The translations under genes and the position numbers were made by a program. This document shows, in pieces, positions 25,787 through 32,000 of a stretch of DNA of 32,000 bases (the first letter of the stretch is position 1; each line of letters starts with the position of its first letter). The stretch is from Mycolicibacterium smegmatis (lineage in GTDB: Bacteria > Actinomycetota > Actinomycetes > Mycobacteriales > Mycobacteriaceae): assembly GCF_001457595.1 (NCBI RefSeq), contig NZ_LN831039.1:6930001-6962000 (forward strand). The letters run 5' to 3'. Below the pieces are notes generated by a model that did not search any database, was not told the origin of the DNA, and saw only the letters and a program-made list of their open reading frames with translations.

Positions 25787-28648
25787 CTAGACGACCAGGT
25801 TGACCAGTCGGCCCGGGACAACGATGACCTTCTTGGGCGTGGCCCCGGCCAGGAACGCCTGCACCTTCTCGTCGGCCAGGGCCGCGGCCTCGAGCGCGGC
25901 CTTGTCCGCGTCGGCCGCCACGACGATCTTGCCGCGCACCTTGCCGTTGACCTGGACGGGGAACTCGATGGTGTCCTCCACCAGGTACTGCGGGTCGGCC
26001 TCGGGGAAAGGTCCGTGTGCCAGCGAGGTGTCGTGGCCCAGCCGCTTCCACAGTTCCTCGGCGAGGTGCGGCGCCAGCGGCGCGACCATCAGCACCAGTG
26101 GTTCGATCGCGGCGCGCGCCGCCACACCCTCCTTGGTGAGGTGGTTGGTGTACTCGATGAGCTTGGCGGCCGCGGTGTTGTTGCGAAGTGCCGCATAGTC
26201 TTCGCGCACACCTTCGATCGTGCGGTGCAGCAGGCGCAGCGTCTCGTCGCTGAGTGCCTCGTGCTCGACGACACGCACGTTGCCCGAGGTCTCGTCGATC
26301 ACGACGCGCCACACACGCTGCAGGAAGCGGTGCGCACCGACGACGTCCTTGGTGGCCCACGGCCGCGACGCCTCGAGCGGGCCCATCGACATCTCGTACA
26401 CGCGCAGCGTGTCGGCGCCGTAGTTGTCGCAGATCTCGTCGGGCGACACCGAGTTCTTCAGGCTCTTGCCGATCTTGCCGAACTCCTGGTTCACCTCTAT
26501 TTCACCATCGGGACCGGGCCAGAAGAACTTGCCGTCCCGCTCGATCACCTCGGCGGCGGGCACATAGGTGCCGCGCGAGTCGGTGTAGGCGAAGGCCTGG
26601 ATGTAGCCCTGGTTGACCAGGCGTCGGTACGGCTCACGCGAGCTGACGTAACCCAGGTCGTAGAGCACCTTGTGCCAGAACCGCGAGTACAGCAGGTGCA
26701 GCACAGCGTGTTCCACGCCGCCGACGTACAGGTCGACACCGCCCGGATCCTCCGGGCCGTGCTCGTCGGGGCGCGGCCCCATCCAGTACGCCTCGTTCTC
26801 CTTGGCGCACATCTCATCCGGATTGTGCGGGTCGGTGTAGCGCAGCTCGTACCACGAGCTGCCGGCCCACTGCGGCATGACATTGGTGTCACGCGTGTAG
26901 GACTGCAGACCGTCACCGAGGTCGAGTTCGACGTGGACCCATTCGGTGGCCTTGTTCAGCGGCGGCGAGGGCTCGCTGTCGGCGTCGTCCGGGTCGAACA
27001 GCACCGGCGAGTAGTCGGGGACGTCCGGAAGCTCAACGGGCAGAGCAGATTCCGGCAGCGGGTGGGCACGTCCGTCGGCGTCGTAGACAATGGGGAACGG
27101 CTCACCCCAGTAGCGCTGGCGGGCGAACAGCCAGTCACGCAGCTTGTACTCGACGCGGCGCTTCCCGCGGCCGTCGGCCTCGAGACGGGCGATGATGGCC
27201 TCCTTGGCCGACGCCACATCCATGCCGTCGAGGAAGCCCGAGTTGACCATGGTGCCGTCGCCCGCGTAGGCGGCCTCCGAGATGTCACCACCGGTCACCA
27301 CCTCGATGATGGGCAGGCCGAACTCCTTGGCGAAATCCCAGTCACGCTGATCGCCGCCGGGCACCGCCATGATGGCGCCGGTGCCGTAGCCGGCCAGCAC
27401 GTAGTCGGCGATGAAGATCGGAACCTGTTTGCCGTCAGCGGGATTGGTCGCGTAGGCACCCAGGAACACACCGGTCTTGGTCTTGTTCTCCTGGCGCTCC
27501 AGATCCGACTTCGCGGCGATGTCCGTGCGGTAGGCCGCGACGGCCTCGCGCGGGGTCGCCGCGCCGTAGGTCCAGCGCTCGTCGGTGCCGTCGGGCCACG
27601 CGTCGGTCACCAGCGTGTCGACCAGATCGTGCTCGGGGGCCAACACCAGATACGTTGCGCCGAACAACGTATCGGGACGCGTGGTGAACACCTCGATGTC
27701 GTCGGCCGCGGTCGCGAACAGCACCGAGGCACCCGTCGAGCGGCCGATCCAGTTGCGCTGCATGGTCTTGACCTTCTCGGGCCAATCCAGCACGTCGAGA
27801 TCCTCGAGGAGCCTGTCGGAGTACGCGGTGATGCGCATCATCCACTGGCGCAACCGCTTCCGGAACACCGGGAAGTTGCCGCGGTCGCTGCGGCCCTCGG
27901 AGGTCACCTCCTCGTTGGCCAGCACGGTGCCCAGACCGGGGCACCAGTTCACCATCGAGTCGGCGCGGTACACCAAGCGGTAACCGTCGATCACATCGGC
28001 GCGCTCACCCTTGGACAGATCGGCCCAGTTGCGGCCGTCGTCGAGCGTGCGCTTACCCGATTCGAACTCCTCGACCAGCTCGCTGATGCGGCGGGCCTTG
28101 TTCTGGTCGCGGTCGAACCAGGCGTTGTAGATCTGCAGGAAGATCCACTGCGTCCACTTGTAGTAGTCGACGTCGGTGGTGGAGAAGCTGCGGCGCGTGT
28201 CGTGGCCCAGCCCCAGCCGGCCCAGCTGCCTGCGGAAGTTGACGATGTTGGCCTCGGTGCGCGTGCGCGGATGCGTCCCGGTCTGCACCGCGTACTGCTC
28301 GGCGGGCAGGCCGAAGGCATCGAACCCCAGCGCGTGCAACACGTTGCGGCCGAGCATGCGGTAGTAGCGCGCGTAGACGTCTGTCGCGATGTAGCCGAGC
28401 GGGTGCCCGACGTGCAGACCGTCGCCCGACGGGTACGGGAACATGTCCTGGACGAACATCTTGTCGGCAGGAACATCCGAGCCGTCCTTCGGCGCGAGTG
28501 ACCCCACGGGATTGGCGACGTTGAACGTGCCGCGGTCCGACCACGTCTCCTGCCACGCCCGCTCGATCTGCCCCGCGAGATCCGCGTTGTAGCGATGACG
28601 CGGGATCTGCTCATCGGGTGTTGTCGGCGTGGTTGCGGGTTCGGTCAC
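25787..28648 (-). CDS. leuS: Leucyl-tRNA synthetase
   Basis: [51 protein letters not shown], editing domain, MSKS-like [28 protein letters not shown]-terminus. Start GTG 28648. Confidence 0.97.
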   Translation of the reverse strand: MTEPATTPTTPDEQIPRHRYNADLAGQIERAWQETWSDRGTFNVANPVGSLAPKDGSDVPADKMFVQDMFPYPSGDGLHVGHPLGYIATDVYARYYRMLGRNVLHALGFDAFGLPAEQYAVQTGTHPRTRTEANIVNFRRQLGRLGLGHDTRRSFSTTDVDYYKWTQWIFLQIYNAWFDRDQNKARRISELVEEFESGKRTLDDGRNWADLSKGERADVIDGYRLVYRADSMVNWCPGLGTVLANEEVTSEGRSDRGNFPVFRKRLRQWMMRITAYSDRLLEDLDVLDWPEKVKTMQRNWIGRSTGASVLFATAADDIEVFTTRPDTLFGATYLVLAPEHDLVDTLVTDAWPDGTDERWTYGAATPREAVAAYRTDIAAKSDLERQENKTKTGVFLGAYATNPADGKQVPIFIADYVLAGYGTGAIMAVPGGDQRDWDFAKEFGLPIIEVVTGGDISEAAYAGDGTMVNSGFLDGMDVASAKEAIIARLEADGRGKRRVEYKLRDWLFARQRYWGEPFPIVYDADGRAHPLPESALPVELPDVPDYSPVLFDPDDADSEPSPPLNKATEWVHVELDLGDGLQSYTRDTNVMPQWAGSSWYELRYTDPHNPDEMCAKENEAYWMGPRPDEHGPEDPGGVDLYVGGVEHAVLHLLYSRFWHKVLYDLGYVSSREPYRRLVNQGYIQAFAYTDSRGTYVPAAEVIERDGKFFWPGPDGEIEVNQEFGKIGKSLKNSVSPDEICDNYGADTLRVYEMSMGPLEASRPWATKDVVGAHRFLQRVWRVVIDETSGNVRVVEHEALSDETLRLLHRTIEGVREDYAALRNNTAAAKLIEYTNHLTKEGVAARAAIEPLVLMVAPLAPHLAEELWKRLGHDTSLAHGPFPEADPQYLVEDTIEFPVQVNGKVRGKIVVAADADKAALEAAALADEKVQAFLAGATPKKVIVVPGRLVNLVV

Positions 28649-28655
28649 GACCAAC

Positions 28656-28661
28656 AGGGTA
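28656..28661 (-). promoter_or_regulatory. Candidate -10 TACCCT, 7 nt before the leuS GTG (leaderless)
   Basis: Minus strand reads TACCCT-GTTGGTC-GTG. Confidence 0.45.
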
Positions 28662-28861
28662 TAAGGCGGCCGCAAACCGCTCGAAGTCGCTGACCTCCGC
28701 AGACCGTCAGGGCACAGCTTGGTATCGGTTCCGTCGCGGGCAAGTCAGAGCTTGATTCCAGGTGTGTAGAGATCCTGGTTTCGGCACCTGCGGCATGGAT
28801 ACAGTCAGCGCCTGACGTACGGCAGCAAACAGCTTCGAATCGTTGGGGAAGGACGCACGCA

Positions 28862-29767
28862 ATGACCGAGAGTGCCCGTCGTTGGCGGGTTCTGAGCGCA
28901 GGGGTGGCCGCGGGACTGGCCGGTTTCGTCAGCCTTGCCGGCAACACCGCATCCGCCGAACCAGTGTTGCCCATGCCACCGGCGCCCGTGCCGTCACCGG
29001 TGGTGCAGCAGGCGGCCCCGCTCGCTCCTGCGGCCGCGCCCGCGGCTGCTGCGGTACCCGGAACGTCGAGCCTGGGCGTGACGAATCAGACACCAGGCGT
29101 CGCCGTGCCCGCGGCGCCCGCAGCGGTGCCGCAACCGGCGATCGTCCCGGCGACCTCCGGCACGCTCTCGGAATTCCTCGCCGAGCACGGCGTCAAGATG
29201 GAGCCGCAGGTCGCCGACAACTTCACGGCGCTCAACATCGTGCTGCCCATGCCGACGAACTGGACGAAAGTCCCCGATCCGAACGTGCCGAACGCGTTCG
29301 CCGTGATCGCCGACCGCACCAGCAAGGACCTGTACACACCCAACGCCCAGGTGGTGGTCTACAAGCTCATCGGCGACTTCGACCCGCGCGCGGCGATCAG
29401 CCACGGCTACGTCGACAGCCAGAAGCTTCTCGGCTGGCGTACCACCGACATGGCGATGGGCGACTTCTACGGATTCCCCTCGTCCTTCATCGAAGGTAGC
29501 TACACCGAGGGCAGCCAGGTGCTCAACACCTCCCGCCGCCACGTCATCGCCACGTCGGGCGACGACCGGTACCTGGTGTCGCTGTCGGTGAACTGGTCGG
29601 CCGCCAACCAGGGCATATCGGCCGCCGCGGAAGCGACCGACGCGATCGTCTCGGGCTTCCGGGTCAGCGCGCCGGCGCCCGCTCCTGCGGCTCCGCCCGC
29701 CGCGCCCGCACCGGTTGCGCCACCCGCGCTGCCCGCTTTGCCCCAGCTCCCGGGCCTCCCGGGCTAG
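28862..29767 (+). CDS. mtc28: Secreted proline-rich antigen (Mtc28 / LpqN-like family, Rv0040c-like)
   Basis: Signal peptide, Pro/Ala-rich linkers at both ends, central FTALNIVLPMPTNWTKVPDPNVPNAFAVIADRT domain. Confidence 0.85.
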   Translation: MTESARRWRVLSAGVAAGLAGFVSLAGNTASAEPVLPMPPAPVPSPVVQQAAPLAPAAAPAAAAVPGTSSLGVTNQTPGVAVPAAPAAVPQPAIVPATSGTLSEFLAEHGVKMEPQVADNFTALNIVLPMPTNWTKVPDPNVPNAFAVIADRTSKDLYTPNAQVVVYKLIGDFDPRAAISHGYVDSQKLLGWRTTDMAMGDFYGFPSSFIEGSYTEGSQVLNTSRRHVIATSGDDRYLVSLSVNWSAANQGISAAAEATDAIVSGFRVSAPAPAPAAPPAAPAPVAPPALPALPQLPGLPG

Positions 29768-29824
29768 AGGTTGGGCCGGGGCGCCGAGCCCCGGCCCGAT
29801 ACCGCACGAACGCCGCCGAACTCG

Positions 29825-29830
29825 TATTGT
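29825..29830 (+). promoter_or_regulatory. Candidate -10 TATTGT, 6 nt before ATG 29837 (leaderless)
   Basis: TATTGT-GGGCCC-ATG. Confidence 0.55.
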
Positions 29831-29836
29831 GGGCCC

Positions 29837-30208
29837 ATGCTGATCGCCGCGCTGCTGTGTCTGAGCGCCGCCGTCGTCGTCGCAGTCCTCGGGTTGTGGC
29901 TGTTGACCCGGCCCCGTTACGGAGATCCGGTGCGGGGCGTGTTGAGAGCGGTTGCCCCGACGCAGCTGGCCGCCGCGGTCATGCTCGCCGCGGGCGGCGC
30001 CACCGCGTTGGCCGCCGCCCCGCAGACCGGGCTCATGGTCGTCGTGGTGTGCGTCATCGGGGCCATCGCGACCGTGGCCGCGGGCTGCTGGCAGAGCGCC
30101 AAGGCCGTCGCCGTCAGTCAAGCGGCGAGTGAAGCGGCGCGCGAGGCGTCCGGCGGCAGCTGCGCCCCGGAGGCGTGCGCGGCCTGCACGCTGTCCTGCA
30201 GCAAGTGA
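29837..30208 (+). CDS. Small transmembrane protein with Cys-rich C-terminus (Rv0039c-like)
   Basis: Two hydrophobic segments (LIAALLCLSAAVVVAVLGLWLLT; LMVVVVCVIGAIATVAAGCW) and tail GSCAPEACAACTLSCSK. ATG 29837 instead of the track start at 29771. Confidence 0.75.
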   Translation: MLIAALLCLSAAVVVAVLGLWLLTRPRYGDPVRGVLRAVAPTQLAAAVMLAAGGATALAAAPQTGLMVVVVCVIGAIATVAAGCWQSAKAVAVSQAASEAAREASGGSCAPEACAACTLSCSK

Positions 30209-30814
30209 TCAGTTGCGGCTCACGTCGATGGGGTGGGTCGCCAGCAGCGACATCGGCAGCGGCTGACGTCGCAGCACACGTCCCCACAGGTCGATCCGCG
30301 GCTCGATGAGCACGTCGGAGGGCAACGCCGACAACACGATCCAATCGTCGCGCTCGATCTCGCCGTCCAGCTGCCCGGTGGTCCAGCCGGAGTATCCCGC
30401 GAAGATGCGGACACCCTCGATGACGGGCGCGAGCTCCTCGGGATCGGCGTCGAGATCCACCATCACCACACGGCCCTGTACATGCCGCAACCCGTCGACG
30501 CCGTCGGCCTGCATGCCGACCCGCAGCGTCGCGAGACACAACGCCGAATCCCGTTTGACCGGGCCGCCGATGAACATCGTCTTGGGTTTCGCGGTGACCT
30601 CGGCCCACTGCGGCAGGACGTTGTAGACAGCGGTCTCACTCGGCCGGTTGAGGATCACCCCGAGCGTGCCGCCCGAATTGTGCTCGACGATGTAGATGAC
30701 CGTGCGCCGGAACGTCGGCTCGAGCAGATCGGTGTTGGCGAGCAGCAGTGTTCCCGGGCGTACCCGGTGGGCCGCAGGGGCGATGAAATCCTCCGGATCC
30801 TCTGACTGCGCCAC
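30209..30814 (-). CDS. YqgE/AlgH family protein (DUF179, Rv0038-like)
   Basis: VRPGTLLLANTDLLEPTFRRTVIYIVEHNSGGTLGVILNRPSE, FIGGPVKRDSALCL, RIFAGYSGWTTGQLDGEIERDDWIVL. Confidence 0.93.
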   Translation of the reverse strand: MAQSEDPEDFIAPAAHRVRPGTLLLANTDLLEPTFRRTVIYIVEHNSGGTLGVILNRPSETAVYNVLPQWAEVTAKPKTMFIGGPVKRDSALCLATLRVGMQADGVDGLRHVQGRVVMVDLDADPEELAPVIEGVRIFAGYSGWTTGQLDGEIERDDWIVLSALPSDVLIEPRIDLWGRVLRRQPLPMSLLATHPIDVSRN

Positions 30815-30949
30815 TCATACATCATGGCACCAGCACCCGCGTGACGTGGCGAACAAATTAAGGCGTGGCCGGAAATATCCGGATCTTTGTACTGTGGAGC
30901 GGGTTGCCGACCGCTGTCTGGACAGCCCCCCGAACAGGACGTGATCTTC

Positions 30950-32000
30950 GTGGTTGACGCTCGCGCGCCCATCGCCTTGTGGCGGTCGTTGCGGGCCATG
31001 ACCGAGTTCCGCCGGTTGCTCGAATTGCGCGCGGTCAGCCAGTTCGGTGACGGCCTGTTCCAGGCCGGCCTGGCCGGGGCCATCCTGTTCAATGTCGAGC
31101 GCGCCGCGGGCCCGTGGCAGATCGCGGGTTCGTTCGCGGTGCTGTTCCTGCCGTACTCCGCACTCGGGCCGTTCGCGGGTGCGCTGCTGGACCGCTGGGA
31201 CCGGCGTCTGGTGATGATCGGCGCGAACCTCGGGCGGCTGCTGCTCGTGGTGCTCGTGGGCGTGCTGCTGGCGCTCGGCGCCGGGGATCTGGAGATCCTG
31301 TGCTGCGCGCTGATCATCAACGGCTTCACGCGGTTCGTGTCCTCCGGTCTGTCGGCCGCGCTGCCCGACGTCGTACCCCGCGGCCAGGTGGTGGCGATGA
31401 ACTCGGTGGCCACCGCGACCGGGGCGGCCGCGGCGTTTCTCGGCGCCAACTTCATGCTGTTGCCGCGCTGGCTGTTCGGCGCGGGCGACGCCGGGGCCTC
31501 GGTGGTGATCTTCATCGTGCTGATCCCCGTCGCGCTCGCACTGTGGCTCTCGGTGCGGTTCGGCCCGCACGTGCTGGGCCCGCACGAGAGCAAGCGCGCG
31601 ATCCACGGGTCGGTGGCCTATGCCGTGTCGACCGGCTGGCTGCACGGCGCCCGCACGGTCGCCTCGGTCCGCACGGTCGCCGCGACCCTGGGCGGACTGG
31701 CCGCGCACCGAGCGGCGTTCGGCATCAACACGCTCATCGTGCTGGTGCTCGTCCGGCACACCGACACCCCGACCCAGGTCGCGGGTGTGGGCCTGGGCAC
31801 GGCCGTGGTGTTCGTGGGGGCGACCGGTGCCGGGACCTTCCTGGCGACGCTGGTGATGCCTGCCGTCGTCGCGCGTTTCGGCCGCTACGCCACGGCCAAC
31901 GGCGCGCTCGCGTTCGCCGCGCTGGTGCAGGCCGTCGCGCTGAGCCTGCATCTGCCCGTGATGCTGGTGTGCGGGTTCCTGCTGGGCGCGGCCGGCCAGT
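30950..32000 (+). CDS. MFS transporter (Rv0037c-like), partial, runs off the right edge
   Basis: Not in the supplied track because it has no stop in the window. Translation: [99 protein letters not shown] 30941 is an in-frame alternative start. Confidence 0.85.
   Translation, partial: MVDARAPIALWRSLRAMTEFRRLLELRAVSQFGDGLFQAGLAGAILFNVERAAGPWQIAGSFAVLFLPYSALGPFAGALLDRWDRRLVMIGANLGRLLLVVLVGVLLALGAGDLEILCCALIINGFTRFVSSGLSAALPDVVPRGQVVAMNSVATATGAAAAFLGANFMLLPRWLFGAGDAGASVVIFIVLIPVALALWLSVRFGPHVLGPHESKRAIHGSVAYAVSTGWLHGARTVASVRTVAATLGGLAAHRAAFGINTLIVLVLVRHTDTPTQVAGVGLGTAVVFVGATGAGTFLATLVMPAVVARFGRYATANGALAFAALVQAVALSLHLPVMLVCGFLLGAAGQ

Noticed and set aside
26015-28501. 828-aa plus-strand ORF opposite leuS
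   Set aside because: Shadow ORF caused by third-position GC bias; leuS motifs are unambiguous.
30877-30884. ATCCGGAT palindrome upstream of the MFS gene, near a possible -10 TACTGT (30890-30895)
   Set aside because: An 8-bp palindrome is too short to claim as an operator without further support.
30815-31951. 378-aa minus-strand ORF at the right edge
   Set aside because: It is antisense to a clear MFS transporter frame that the track omitted only because it lacks an in-window stop.
1-32000. Search for CRISPR arrays, tRNA/rRNA genes, transposases, prophage or toxin-antitoxin genes
   Set aside because: None recognised by eye. The inteins are the only clear mobile-type elements. Faint or divergent RNA genes would need tRNAscan-SE or Infernal to exclude.

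Overview
This window looks like a conserved chromosomal segment of a fast-growing mycobacterium (Mycolicibacterium, M. smegmatis-like; taxon and synteny are from memory, no search was run). Gene order matches the M. tuberculosis Rv0037c-Rv0058 block: partial MFS transporter, YqgE/AlgH protein, small membrane protein, mtc28-like antigen, leuS, MarR, GntR, LLM-class oxidoreductase, alpha/beta hydrolase, ino1, PadR, DUF1707 protein, DUF5318 protein, ponA1, GT87-like membrane glycosyltransferase, rpsF-ssb-rpsR-rplI, dnaB. Inserted relative to that backbone are a PhoX-like protein, an ABC transporter pair with a substrate-binding/permease fusion, a glucosylglycerate hydrolase-like GH63 enzyme, an SDR, and a left-end accessory patch (amidohydrolase tail, SDR, HEAT-like protein, frameshifted YbaB-like remnant). 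The most notable signals are: (1) dnaB carries two inteins, a 139-aa mini-intein inside the Walker A motif with class 3 (WCT, N-terminal Ala) hallmarks and a 375-aa LAGLIDADG intein at the DLRESG/SLEQ site; (2) four same-orientation DnaA-box-like 9-mers lie in the dnaB-rplI intergenic region; (3) a recurring TANNNT-N6..8-(ATG/GTG) arrangement marks nine candidate leaderless genes and suggests several start-codon corrections; (4) strong perfect hairpins occur at 5666-5685, 5970-6009, 15822-15867 and 16874-16898. No CRISPR array, tRNA, rRNA or transposase was found. I saw no convincing new defence-type system; most long alternative ORFs are high-GC shadow ORFs.
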